50,085 nt of DNA. Source: Vicinamibacteria bacterium (GTDB lineage: Bacteria > Acidobacteriota > Vicinamibacteria > Fen-336). The notes beneath the pieces are model-generated. The model had not been told where the DNA came from. It ran no database searches and worked only from the letters and a program-made list of their open reading frames with translations. The stretch spans positions 1 through 50,085 of the forward strand of contig DATBSL010000034.1 in assembly GCA_036559805.1 (NCBI GenBank), in the 5' to 3' direction. Positions 35,701 through 44,452 of the stretch are shown one piece after another (position 1 is the first letter of the stretch; every line of letters starts with the position of its first letter). The translations under genes and the position numbers were made by a program.

Positions 35701-37433
35701 AGGTACAGGCCGTCCTTCGAGACCATGCCCGAAGTCTCGCGGAAGCCGCGCGTGTACTCCTCCTTCTTGTCCGAGAGCCCGAAGTGGAACGGGCCCTCGT
35801 AGGCGAGGCGCACCGAGCCTCCGGCCGCGGGCAGGGCCAGCCGATAGCGCTTCAGCTTCCCCTTCCTGTAGAGATCCTCGTCTCCGCCGCCAATGCCGAA
35901 GAAGCGCTCGGCGGCGGCTGCCTCGAACGGCAGCTCCACCGCGGCGGGATCGGAGGACGTGAGCTTCAGCGCGCCGTGCAGCAGGAACTGCAGCTCGCCC
36001 TTCGCGACGGCGGCGGCCGGAACGCTGATCACGTCCGTCGCGGACAGCCAGCCGCGCGCGGTGTCGAACTTCACGTCGAGCGCGTGTCTCGCGCGCGATC
36101 CGGCGCCGGGACCGGGCACGGGCGGCTCGTGCGCAACGCTTGCGGGAGCCGGCGCCGCGGGGAGAGCGCTCCCGGAAGCTGCGGCAGCCGGGCCCGGCTT
36201 CGGTCGGTGCCTCCGCAGCAGCACCGTGAGGTCCAGCGCCTTGCCTCCGCGGACGACCTGATACGCGACGCGGTCGCCCCAGCGCTTCTCCGCCATCAGG
36301 CGATTGGCCGTTTCCTTGTCGGCGTAGGGCACGCCGTCGATCGAGACGAGCTCGTCGCCTTTCTGGAATCCCGCCGCGGCCGCAGGCGAGTCCTCGGCGA
36401 CGGCGATCACCCTGTACCGCTCGCCGGTCTTCTGCTCCGGCGTCGAGAGGCCGACTACCGGGTAGAGCGGCTCGGTCGAGGGTGGCAGGCCCCAGACGAA
36501 GTCGGCGTACGAAGCCTGCACCGCGTCCACGAGCGGCTCTCCCTCCTCCTCGCGGATCGGGATCGGGACGACCGAGGCCGTCTTGCCGGAGAACCAGAGC
36601 CGCGCCTGGCGCTCGGCGCCGAGGCCGTAGGCGACGTGGCCCGAGCCGACGAGGACGACCACGATCGCCTTCTCTCCGCCGTGCGTCTTCAGGGCCTGGA
36701 GCGCGTTCCACCCCATCGCCGCGTCCCACGCGCACTGGGCGCGATAGATCCCCTGGAAGAGCGCCTCGGGCAGGTTGCCGTGGAGCGCGTCCGAAGCGCC
36801 GAAGAAGGCGCGGAAGAGGCGCTGGTGCTCGGCGCTCTCCGTGTCGATGCGCTCGGGCATGAGCGCCTTCTGCTCGGCAGTCAGCGCCTCGAAGCCCTTC
36901 GTGCGCACGGTCTGCACCACGTCGCGCGGCACGTTCACCCCGAACATCCGGATCCCCTGCTCGCGCGCGAACAGGAAGATGTCCCGGTAGTAGTTCCAGT
37001 GGTAGCCCCAGCTCCGATACCAGCGCGACTCGGCGAGAAACGTCGCCTCCGAGAGCTCCTTGTCGGAGCTCCAGCGCTCGAGCCACGCCTGCTCCGCCGC
37101 GGTCGCGGGGTACATCTCGAGCCCCACCAGCACCTGGCGGCCGCGCGCGTGCAGCTCCTGGATCACCCGAAGCTGCACGCGGTGGAACTCCATGTCGGTG
37201 TGGCTTTCGCCGACGAAGACGAGCGACACGCCGTCGAGACGCGCGGCGAGCTCCGCCGGCGTGATGGCGTCGCCGCGCGCGGTGTCGGTGATGCCGTCGA
37301 CGACGAGCGGCGCCTCCCGGTCCCGGCGCGCGGGATCACCGATCGGAAGGCGCAGCGCGCGCTCGTCGGCGCGCACGACGGCGCTCGTCAGCAGGAGCGC
37401 CGCCCACGTGCCGAGCCGGGTCGAGGAAGACAC
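32754..37433 (-). CDS. 1559-aa secreted multidomain fusion: ChaN/Tiki-like (haem-binding uptake) domain, PDZ, M1-family gluzincin peptidase, M28-family aminopeptidase, PDZ
   Basis: GTG start and a signal peptide. The ChaN-like part has LVFVGESHTD and LVGSGHVAYG. The first PDZ has GFQKGDELVSIDG. The M1 part has FALVENFWETG plus HEILHNWWG-x17-E. The M28 part has AHYDHLG, GADDNASGVAVMLELA, FAGEEAGMLGS, INLD and HTDYHRPGD. The C-terminal PDZ has GSPAEKAGVLENDVILQLDG. Confidence 0.88.
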   Translation of the reverse strand: MSSSTRLGTWAALLLTSAVVRADERALRLPIGDPARRDREAPLVVDGITDTARGDAITPAELAARLDGVSLVFVGESHTDMEFHRVQLRVIQELHARGRQVLVGLEMYPATAAEQAWLERWSSDKELSEATFLAESRWYRSWGYHWNYYRDIFLFAREQGIRMFGVNVPRDVVQTVRTKGFEALTAEQKALMPERIDTESAEHQRLFRAFFGASDALHGNLPEALFQGIYRAQCAWDAAMGWNALQALKTHGGEKAIVVVLVGSGHVAYGLGAERQARLWFSGKTASVVPIPIREEEGEPLVDAVQASYADFVWGLPPSTEPLYPVVGLSTPEQKTGERYRVIAVAEDSPAAAAGFQKGDELVSIDGVPYADKETANRLMAEKRWGDRVAYQVVRGGKALDLTVLLRRHRPKPGPAAAASGSALPAAPAPASVAHEPPVPGPGAGSRARHALDVKFDTARGWLSATDVISVPAAAVAKGELQFLLHGALKLTSSDPAAVELPFEAAAAERFFGIGGGDEDLYRKGKLKRYRLALPAAGGSVRLAYEGPFHFGLSDKKEEYTRGFRETSGMVSKDGLYLAGSGFWYPYLSRELVEFEIVASQPEGWHLIAPGKGRSRDADGRARWDSQGPVDEITLVGGPLVVYRESAGAVETLAYLRQKDDSLAAKYLEATAQYLEMYRGLVGPYPYGKFALVENFWETGYGMPSYTLLGPQVIRFPFILTSSYPHEILHNWWGSGVFVDYASGNWSEGLTAYLADYLIQEQRGRGDEYRRDTLAKYRSYVKEGRDFPLAEFRSRESAATEAVGYGKTLMLFHMLRQRLGDDGFRQWAARFYRENRGRQASWSDVRKGMESVSKQDLGRLFADHVTRAGAAVLRVSARVAGTSAGGHEVAGTLEQTQPGPPLALDVPLVVQTAGAPARTTLRLEGAKLDFRIPAEAAPLALHVDPSFDVFRLLDPRETPASIGQIFGEPKVLALLPAKATAAEQAAWRALVEGWRSDSHQPEIRTDAEVRELPKDRAVWILGSRNAFASRLFASGADYTLDETRLTADRESVPLADHALVLVRRHPSNLEKAVGFVFADRLAALPGLGRKLPHYGKYSYLAFEGDEPANDLKGQWTATDSPLRVDLRPQAARVAALAALAPEPRKALAELPPVFSQKALLEHVAWLAAPEREGRGLGTKGLEAAAEYVASRFQAIGLQPSGDSGTYFQSFESSRSPSGAPVRLRNVIGVLPGSKPEWAGQSALLTAHYDHLGSGWPDVHKGDEGRLHPGADDNASGVAVMLELAKTLAAGERPQRTLVFVAFAGEEAGMLGSRRYVEKPPFPLDKTIGVINLDTVGRLGSGKVSVLATGSASEWQHIFRGAGFVTGVDGRMIPDGLDSSDQKSFIDKGVPAVQIFTEPHTDYHRPGDSADRIDGPGLVKVATYVKEGIAYLGERPQPLTNTIGSMKGASPQAPEAASSKSTAPAVPPGASQGRRVSFGTMPDFAFPGPGVRVASVVPGSPAEKAGVLENDVILQLDGQDVADLPGYSAILRALSPGQTVAVVLSRGGAEKRLSVTVVER

Positions 37434-37504
37434 TGCGATCAGAATGTTAGGCGAAGACGGGCTGGGATAAGATCCGGCGCGCCGCTCGACATCACGGAGG
37501 CACG

Positions 37505-40500
37505 ATGGCTCGTTCGCGATCTCTCCTGGCGCTCCTCGGAGCCGCGCTCGTTTTCACGACGGCCGGCGCGCCCGGCGCCGACAAGCCTAAAGCGCCGGCC
37601 GCCACGCCTGCGCCGGCTACCCCGGAGGCGAAGCTCATCGAGGGTTTCTCCTGGCGCGAGATCGGGCCGTTCCGCGGCGGGCGCGTCACCGCCGTGGCCG
37701 GCGTCCCGGGCCAGCCGCTCGTCTACTACATGGGCGCGACCGGCGGCGGCGTGTGGAAGACGACCAACGCCGGCGCGAGCTGGTCGCCCCTGACCGACGG
37801 GCAGGTCAAGACGGGCTCGGTCGGCGCCGTCGCGGTGGCTCCGTCGGACCCGAACGTCGTCTACGCGGGCATGGGCGAGAGCTGCATCCGCGGCAACGTC
37901 TCGCACGGTGACGGCGTCTACCGCACGACCGACGCGGGCAAGACCTGGTCGCACGTGGGGCTGCGCGAGACGATGCAGATCGGCCGCATCCAGGTCCACC
38001 CGAAGGACGCCGACCTCGTGTACGTCGCCGCGCTCGGGCACACCTGGGGTCCGAGCACCGAGCGCGGCGTCTTCCGCTCGAAGGACGGCGGCAAGAGCTG
38101 GTCGAAGCTCCTCTTCGTCGACGACAAGACGGGCGCCGTGGACCTCGCGATGGACGCCGCCAATCCCCGTGTGCTCTATGCCGCGACTTGGCAGGTGCAG
38201 CGCACTCCGTGGAGCCTCGAAAGCGGCGGGCCCGGCAGCGCCCTCCACAAGACGACCGACGGCGGCGACAGCTGGAAGAAGCTCGACGGGAAGGGCCTGC
38301 CGAAGGGCCCCTGGGGACGGATCGGCGTGAGCGTCTCCCCCGCCCGGCCGGAGCGCGTCTACGCCGTGATCGAGGCCGAGGAGGGCGGCGTCTTCCGCTC
38401 CGACGACGCGGGCGCCACCTGGCAGCGCACCAACGACGACCGGCGGCTGCGCCAGCGTGCCTGGTACTACACGCACGTCTACGCCGACCCGAAGGACGCC
38501 GACACGCTTTACGTGCTCAACGTCGGGTTCTTCCGCTCGAAAGACGGTGGCAAGACGTTCCAGTCGATCCGCACGCCGCACGGCGACAACCACGACCTGT
38601 GGATCGCTCCCGAGGATCCGCGGCGGATGGTCGAGGGCAACGACGGCGGCGCCAACGTCAGCCTCGACGGCGGCGAGAGCTGGTCGTCGATCGACAACCA
38701 GCCGACGGCGCAGTTCTACCACGTGATCGCCGACGACCAGTTCCCGTACCACGTGTACGGCGCGCAGCAGGACAACTCTACCGTCGCGATCGCGAGCCGG
38801 ACCGGCGGCCCGGGCATCGGCGCGGGCGACTGGCACGAGGTCGCGGGCTGCGAGAGCGGCTACATCGCGCCGAAGCCGGGCGATCCCGAGGTGACGTACG
38901 CCGGCTGCTACGGCGGCTACATCGGCCGGCTCGACCGCCGCACGGGACAGGAGCGCGCGATCACGGTCTGGCCCGAGAACCCGATGGGCTGGGGCGCCGA
39001 AGGCATGAAGTACCGCTTCCAGTGGACGTTCCCGATCGTGGCCTCGCGCCACGACAAGGAGCTGCTCTACGCCGCCGGCAACGTGCTCTTCCGCACGCGC
39101 AACGAGGGCTCGAGCTGGGAGGCGATCTCGCCCGACCTCACGCGAAACGACAAGGCGAAGCTCGGCCCGTCCGGAGGACCGATCACCAAGGACAACACCA
39201 GCGTCGAGTACTACGGCACGATCTTCGCGCTCGCCGAATCGCCGCGCGACGGCAAGCTGCTGTGGGCGGGCTCGGACGACGGGCTCGTGCACGTCACGCG
39301 CGACGGCGGCCAGACCTGGACGGGCGTCACGCCCAAGGGCCTGCCGGAGTGGTCGCGGATCAGCCAGATCGACGCCTCGGCGCACGATCCGGGCACGGCG
39401 TGGCTCGCGGTCAACCGCTACCAGCTCGACGACTACAAGCCGTACGCGTACGTGACCACCGACTACGGCGCGAGCTGGCGCGCGGTTGCCGCGGGCCTCC
39501 CGGCGGACTCGTTCGTGCGCGTGGTCCGCGAGGACCCGCTGCGCCGCGGCCTCGTCTTCGCCGGCACCGAGACGGGCGTCCACGTGTCGTTCGACGCGGC
39601 CGCTTCGTGGCAGCCGCTCCAGCGCAACCTTCCCGTCGTCCCGATCACCGACCTCGTGATCAAGGACGACGACCTGGTGGTCGCGACCCAGGGCCGTTCG
39701 TTCTGGATCCTCGACGACATCGCGGCCTTGCGCCAGGCGAAGCCCGAGCTCGCGTCGGCCGCGGTGCACCTGTTCCCGCCTTCGCCCGCCTTCCGATTCG
39801 GCGGGGGCGAGGGCCGTGGCGCCGTCGGCAAGAACCCACCCTACGGCGCGCGGCTGCGCTACCTGCTGAAGGACGCTCCGAAGGAGGGCGAGGAGATCAA
39901 GCTGGAGATCCTCGACGCGAAGGGCGCGGTCGTCCGCTCGTACTCCTCTAAAGAGGAAAAGAAGGAGGACGGCGCAGGCGGTGGGGATGAAGACGGCTTC
40001 GGGCCTTCGCCTGCCAAGCCGCTCCCGGCGAAGGCCGGCCTCAACACGTTCTCGTGGGACCTGCGCTCCAAGGAAGCGACGCGCTTCAAGGGGCTCATCC
40101 TCTGGGCCGGGCAGACGGCCGGACCGCGCGTCCCGCCCGGGCGCTACGAAGCGCGGCTCACGGCGGCGGGCCAGACGGTCAGCCAGCCGTTCGAGGTGCG
40201 CAAGGACCCGCGCCTTTCGACGAGCGACGCCGACTTCGCGAAGCAGCAGGAGCTGCTGCTGAAGATCCGCGACAAGCTGACGGCGTCTCACGACGCGATC
40301 GAGCGCCTGCGCGGCGTGCGCGAGCAGGCGAAGACGGCCGCGGAGCGCGCGAAGGGCGCCGAGCCGGAAAAAGCGATCCGCGACGCTGCCGACGCCCTCT
40401 CGAAGAAGCTGACAGCCGTCGAGGAGGCGCTCTACCAGACGAAGAACCGCTCGAGCCAGGACCCGCTCAACTACCCGATCCGGCTCAACAACAAGCTCGC

Positions 40501-40693
40501 CGCGCTCGGGGGTACCGTGGCGAGCGCGGATGTCGCGCCGACCGCGCAGTCGTACGCGGTCTACGACGAGCTCGCCGCGAAGATCGACGCCGAGCTCCAG
40601 ACGCTCGAGCGCGTGCTGGCCGAGGACATCCCGGCCTTCAACCGCCTGGTGCACGAGCAGGACGTGCCCGCGATCCGGGTCGCCAAGCCCTGA
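37505..40693 (+). CDS. BNR/Asp-box repeat, sortilin/VPS10-like beta-propeller protein (secreted)
   Basis: It has a signal peptide and repeated Asp-box-like motifs (TTNAGASW, TTDAGKTW, SKDGGKSW, TTDGGDSW, SDDAGATW, SKDGGKTF, SLDGGESW, TRDGGQTW, TTDYGASW). The C-terminus is helical. Confidence 0.88.
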   Translation: MARSRSLLALLGAALVFTTAGAPGADKPKAPAATPAPATPEAKLIEGFSWREIGPFRGGRVTAVAGVPGQPLVYYMGATGGGVWKTTNAGASWSPLTDGQVKTGSVGAVAVAPSDPNVVYAGMGESCIRGNVSHGDGVYRTTDAGKTWSHVGLRETMQIGRIQVHPKDADLVYVAALGHTWGPSTERGVFRSKDGGKSWSKLLFVDDKTGAVDLAMDAANPRVLYAATWQVQRTPWSLESGGPGSALHKTTDGGDSWKKLDGKGLPKGPWGRIGVSVSPARPERVYAVIEAEEGGVFRSDDAGATWQRTNDDRRLRQRAWYYTHVYADPKDADTLYVLNVGFFRSKDGGKTFQSIRTPHGDNHDLWIAPEDPRRMVEGNDGGANVSLDGGESWSSIDNQPTAQFYHVIADDQFPYHVYGAQQDNSTVAIASRTGGPGIGAGDWHEVAGCESGYIAPKPGDPEVTYAGCYGGYIGRLDRRTGQERAITVWPENPMGWGAEGMKYRFQWTFPIVASRHDKELLYAAGNVLFRTRNEGSSWEAISPDLTRNDKAKLGPSGGPITKDNTSVEYYGTIFALAESPRDGKLLWAGSDDGLVHVTRDGGQTWTGVTPKGLPEWSRISQIDASAHDPGTAWLAVNRYQLDDYKPYAYVTTDYGASWRAVAAGLPADSFVRVVREDPLRRGLVFAGTETGVHVSFDAAASWQPLQRNLPVVPITDLVIKDDDLVVATQGRSFWILDDIAALRQAKPELASAAVHLFPPSPAFRFGGGEGRGAVGKNPPYGARLRYLLKDAPKEGEEIKLEILDAKGAVVRSYSSKEEKKEDGAGGGDEDGFGPSPAKPLPAKAGLNTFSWDLRSKEATRFKGLILWAGQTAGPRVPPGRYEARLTAAGQTVSQPFEVRKDPRLSTSDADFAKQQELLLKIRDKLTASHDAIERLRGVREQAKTAAERAKGAEPEKAIRDAADALSKKLTAVEEALYQTKNRSSQDPLNYPIRLNNKLAALGGTVASADVAPTAQSYAVYDELAAKIDAELQTLERVLAEDIPAFNRLVHEQDVPAIRVAKP

Positions 40694-40713
40694 GCGCGAG
40701 CGGAACCTCCCGA

Positions 40714-41709
40714 GTGCTGCTGCGCCGACGCGACTTCCTGGGCCAGGCCGCTGCCGCCGCGGGCGGCGCCGCCGCCTGCCGCGGGCGCGCCAGCGGGAAG
40801 ATCGTGCTCCGCCTCTCGCACTCGATGGCCTCCGGGCCGACGGCGCTGCACTCGTTCGCCGAAGCCTTCCGCGAGCTGGCCGAGGCGGCGACCGCCGGCG
40901 CCATCGAGGTGCGCGTGTTCGCGAGCGGCACGCTCGGCCACGAGCGCGAGGTCGTCCAGCAGCTCCAGGAGGGCCTCGTCGACTTCATGATCTCGGGCAC
41001 GGCGATCTGGGGCAGCGTCGCCCCGAAGCTGCAGCTCTTCGATTTCCCTTTCCTGTGGCGCGACGTCGGACACCTGCACGGCGTCGTAGACGGCGGCGTT
41101 GGCCGCGAGGCGGCCGACTACATGCAGGCCAGCGTCCACGTCAGGCCGCTCGCGTGGGGCGACTCGTTCGGCTTCCGGCAGGTGATCACGCGCTCGCGCG
41201 AGGTGACCGAGCCGGCGGACCTGCGCGGCCTGAAGATCCGCACGATCCAGTCGCCGATCTACGTCAAGGCGGTCGAGCTGATGGGCGCGAGCCCCACGCC
41301 GATGGCATTCGGCGAGGTCTACACCTCGATGCAGACTGGGGTGATCGACGGCTACGAGCACGACGCCAGCACCACGCTGCAGCAGCGCTTCTTCGAGGTC
41401 GCGCGCTACATGGCGCGCACGCAGCACATCGCCGGCCTGCTGGGCCTCTTCGGCTCGGCCGCGGGCCTGAGCCGGCTGCCGGCCGAGCTGCGGCCGAAGC
41501 TCGAGGCCGCGGCGCTCGAAGCCGCGGCTCGCCAGCGAGCCATGGGCGCGCGCGAGGACACGGAGGCGACGCGGCAGCTCGCCGAGCATGGAATGACGAT
41601 CCACGAGATCGACCGGAGCGCGTTCCGCGGCCCGGCCGAGGCGCTCTGGCAGGAGCAGTCGCGCGCGCTCGGAGCCGAGGCATGGCTGCGCGAGGCACTC
41701 GCCTCGTGA
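40714..41709 (+). CDS. TRAP transporter solute-binding protein (DctP family) with a Tat-type signal
   Basis: GTG 40714 gives VLLRRRDFLGQAAAAAGG. Motifs are IEVRVFASGTLGHEREVVQQLQEGLVDF, LKIRTIQSPIYV and GVIDGYE. Confidence 0.85.
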   Translation: MLLRRRDFLGQAAAAAGGAAACRGRASGKIVLRLSHSMASGPTALHSFAEAFRELAEAATAGAIEVRVFASGTLGHEREVVQQLQEGLVDFMISGTAIWGSVAPKLQLFDFPFLWRDVGHLHGVVDGGVGREAADYMQASVHVRPLAWGDSFGFRQVITRSREVTEPADLRGLKIRTIQSPIYVKAVELMGASPTPMAFGEVYTSMQTGVIDGYEHDASTTLQQRFFEVARYMARTQHIAGLLGLFGSAAGLSRLPAELRPKLEAAALEAAARQRAMGAREDTEATRQLAEHGMTIHEIDRSAFRGPAEALWQEQSRALGAEAWLREALAS

Positions 41710-43553
41710 GCGCGCACGACGCCGCGCACGAGCCCGCGCGAAACCGCTCGGCCGCCGGCCGCGTTCTGGACTGGACGACCGGCTTGCTGGTGGCGGCGCT
41801 CGCCGCAGTCGTCGGCCTGCAGGTCGTCGGCCGCCACCTGCTCCACACCCCCTGGCCGTGGACCGAGGAGATCGCCCGCCTGCTGCTCGTGTGGCTGATG
41901 TGCTTCGGCGGCATCCGGGCGCTCCAGGACGCGGAGCATCCGCGCGTGACGGCGCTCGTGCGCCGGCTCGCGCCCGGGCGGCGCGCAGCTGTCGACCGCG
42001 GCCTTCGCCTGGTGCTGCTGGCCTTCTTCGGCTGCCTGCTGGTTCCTGCGTGGCGCCTCACGCGCTCGAGTGCTTCGGAGACGCTGCCGGCGAGCGGGGT
42101 CTCGGGAGCGGCGCTCACGGCGGTCCTGCCGCTCGCGCTCCTGGCGATGTGCCTCGTGCTCGTGCTGCAGCTCCGGCGCGGCCAAGAAGGGGCGAGCGTC
42201 GCCTGGTCGCTCGGCACGGCCGGGCTGGTGATGGCGTCGGTCCTGGCGCCGCTCCTCGCCGGCGCCGCGCCGCTGCTGGTGCTCGTGATCGGCTTCCTGG
42301 TCACGGCCGGGCTCGGCCTGCCGCTCGCCTTCACGCTCGCGCTCACGGCCGCGACCTACCTCGCCGGCATCGGCGGCGTGAGCCTCACGATCCTGCCGAT
42401 CAAGCTCCTGGGCGGAGTCGACTCGTTCGTGCTGCTCGCGATCCCGCTCTTCATCCTGGCCGGCGCGCTCATGGAGTCGGGCGCCATCTCCGAGCGCATC
42501 GTGGACCTGGCGATGGCGATCGTGGGGCGCGTGAAGGGCGGCCTGGCGATGGTCGTGGTCGTCGCCGAGGTGCTCTTCTCCGGCATCTCGGGCTCGACGG
42601 CCGCCGACGTGTCGGCGATCAGCTCGCTGCTGATCCCCTCGCTGCGCAAGGCCGGCTACTCCGGGCCCGAGGCCGTGAGCGTCGTCTCGGCCTCCTCGGC
42701 GATGGGAATCCTGGTGCCGCCGTGCCTGACGATGGTGGTGCTCGGCTCGCTCGTGAACCTGTCGATCGTGACCCTCTTCCTGGCCGGCTTCCTGCCGGCC
42801 TTCCTGCTGGCCGGAATGCTGCTGCTGCTGATCGCGGCGCGCGCGCGCCGGCAGGGTTGGCCCGTCGCGGAAAAGGCCTCGCGCGCGGACCTCGGCCGCG
42901 CCGCCCGCCGCGCGATCGTCCCGCTCGGACTGCCGCTGCTGCTGTTCGGCGGCATCTTCAGCGGCATCACGACCGTCACCGAGGCGGCGCTCATCGCCGT
43001 CGTCTACGCGCTCGTCGTCGGGATCGCGACCGGAGGCCTCACCCGCGCCAACCTGCCGCACCTCTTCGAGCGCAGCGGCGTCGTCACCGCCACGACGCTC
43101 TGGGTGCTGGCGGCCGCCTCGGCCTTCGCCTGGATCCTGGTCCGCGAGTGGGTGCCGCAGACGCTCGGCGAGTGGATCGCCGGCATTGGCGCCAGCAAGG
43201 CGCTGTTCCTCGCGCTCACGCTCTTCGTCTTCGTCGTGATCGGGGCGCTCCTCGAGGGGCTGCCGGCGCTCTTGATCTTCGGGCCGATCCTGTTCCCGAT
43301 CAGCCGGGCGCTGCACGTGGACCCGGTCCACTACGGCATCGTGATCGTCGCGGCGATGGGGATCGCGTTCTTCCTCCCGCCGGTGGGTGTCGGCCTCTCG
43401 ATCGCGAGCGCCATCGCGCGCCTCGACGTGGACGAGGTGACGCACAGCTACTGGCCCTACCTGCTGGTGCTGCTCGCCGGCCTCGCCCTGATCGCGGCCT
43501 GGCCCGGCCTCACGTTGGCGCTGCCCCGGCTGTTGCTGGGCTACAAAGGATAG
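41706..43553 (+). CDS. TRAP transporter fused small/large permease (DctQ-DctM fusion)
   Basis: GTG 41706 overlaps the DctP stop (GTGA). The N-terminal 4-TM DctQ-like part (WTEEIARLLLVWLMCFG) is followed by a DctM-like part (LAIPLFILAGALMESGAISERIVD, FSGISGSTAADV). Confidence 0.85.
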   Translation: MSAHDAAHEPARNRSAAGRVLDWTTGLLVAALAAVVGLQVVGRHLLHTPWPWTEEIARLLLVWLMCFGGIRALQDAEHPRVTALVRRLAPGRRAAVDRGLRLVLLAFFGCLLVPAWRLTRSSASETLPASGVSGAALTAVLPLALLAMCLVLVLQLRRGQEGASVAWSLGTAGLVMASVLAPLLAGAAPLLVLVIGFLVTAGLGLPLAFTLALTAATYLAGIGGVSLTILPIKLLGGVDSFVLLAIPLFILAGALMESGAISERIVDLAMAIVGRVKGGLAMVVVVAEVLFSGISGSTAADVSAISSLLIPSLRKAGYSGPEAVSVVSASSAMGILVPPCLTMVVLGSLVNLSIVTLFLAGFLPAFLLAGMLLLLIAARARRQGWPVAEKASRADLGRAARRAIVPLGLPLLLFGGIFSGITTVTEAALIAVVYALVVGIATGGLTRANLPHLFERSGVVTATTLWVLAAASAFAWILVREWVPQTLGEWIAGIGASKALFLALTLFVFVVIGALLEGLPALLIFGPILFPISRALHVDPVHYGIVIVAAMGIAFFLPPVGVGLSIASAIARLDVDEVTHSYWPYLLVLLAGLALIAAWPGLTLALPRLLLGYKG

Positions 43554-43556
43554 AAG

Positions 43557-44408
43557 ATGACCCGGATCTGCCGCCTCACCGTCGGTGTCCTCGCCGTGTC
43601 GCTCGTCGCCCGAGCCCAGGAGCCATCCGCACCCGTCGTCCGGCTCTGGCCAACCGGCGCGCCAGGCTCCGAAGGCAAGACCGCGCCGGAGAAGGTCGAG
43701 AACGGCCGCGTGACGAGCGTGCACCAGCCGTCGCTCACGGTGTACCTGCCGCCGAAGGAGAAGGCCACGGGCGCCGGCGTCGTCGTGATCCCCGGGGGCG
43801 GGCACCGGATGCTCGCGATCGATCACGAGGGCTATGCCGTCGCAAGCTGGCTCCGCGACCGCGGAATCGCGGGCTTCGTCCTCAAGTACCGTCTGGCACG
43901 CGAGGAGGGATCGACCTACACGATCGTGGACCACGCCCTGCGCGACACGCAGCGCGCCCTGCGGCTCGTCCGCAGCCGCGCCGCCGAATGGGGCGTGGAT
44001 CCCGCGCGAGTCGGCGTCGTCGGCTTTTCGGCCGGCGGCGAGCTGGCGCAGCTCGTGAGCCAGCGCCCCGCTGACGGAACCGCGGACGACGAGGACGCGG
44101 TCGAGCGCCAGAACCCGCGCCCGGCGTTCCAGGCGCTGATCTACCCGGGACGCTCGCAGGACATCGTTCCCATGCCCGACTCGCCGCCGGTGTTCCTCGC
44201 GTGCGGCTACAAGGACCGGCCCGACATCTCCGAGGGGCTGGCGAACGTCTACCTGGCATTCAAGAAGGCTGGCGTGCCCGCGGAGCTGCACGTCTACGCG
44301 GGCGCCGGCCACGGCTTCGGCATCCGCGAGACCGACAAGACGCCGGCCGCATCGTGGCCCGATCGGTTCCGGGAGTGGCTCGTCGACCGCGGCTTCGTGG
44401 CGTCCTAA
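43557..44408 (+). CDS. secreted alpha/beta-hydrolase (esterase/lipase-like)
   Basis: It has a signal peptide, an oxyanion-type IPGGGH, the nucleophile elbow GFSAGG, and a C-terminal GAGHGF. Confidence 0.85.
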   Translation: MTRICRLTVGVLAVSLVARAQEPSAPVVRLWPTGAPGSEGKTAPEKVENGRVTSVHQPSLTVYLPPKEKATGAGVVVIPGGGHRMLAIDHEGYAVASWLRDRGIAGFVLKYRLAREEGSTYTIVDHALRDTQRALRLVRSRAAEWGVDPARVGVVGFSAGGELAQLVSQRPADGTADDEDAVERQNPRPAFQALIYPGRSQDIVPMPDSPPVFLACGYKDRPDISEGLANVYLAFKKAGVPAELHVYAGAGHGFGIRETDKTPAASWPDRFREWLVDRGFVAS

Positions 44409-44413
44409 CAGCC

Positions 44414-44435
44414 CCTGACAATCGCCTGACATTCG
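44414..44435 (+). promoter_or_regulatory. tandem 11-mer direct repeat upstream of the HK/RR operon (candidate OmpR-type response-regulator binding site)
   Basis: CCTGACAATCG (44414-44424) and CCTGACATTCG (44425-44435) are 10/11 identical with an 11-nt period. They lie 18 nt upstream of ATG 44453. Confidence 0.35.
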
Positions 44436-44452
44436 GGCGACCGTTCGAGGCG

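Noticed and set aside
32713-37086. 1457-aa alternate-frame minus ORF and the 669-aa + ORF (35784..37793) over the fusion-peptidase gene
   Set aside because: Both are Arg/Gly/Ala/Pro-rich junk. The 32754..37433(-) frame carries intact HExxH-E, M28 metal-ligand and PDZ motifs.
37439-40654. 1071-aa minus-strand ORF opposite the BNR/sortilin-like gene
   Set aside because: It is a shadow ORF. The + frame has nine Asp-box-like repeats and a signal peptide.
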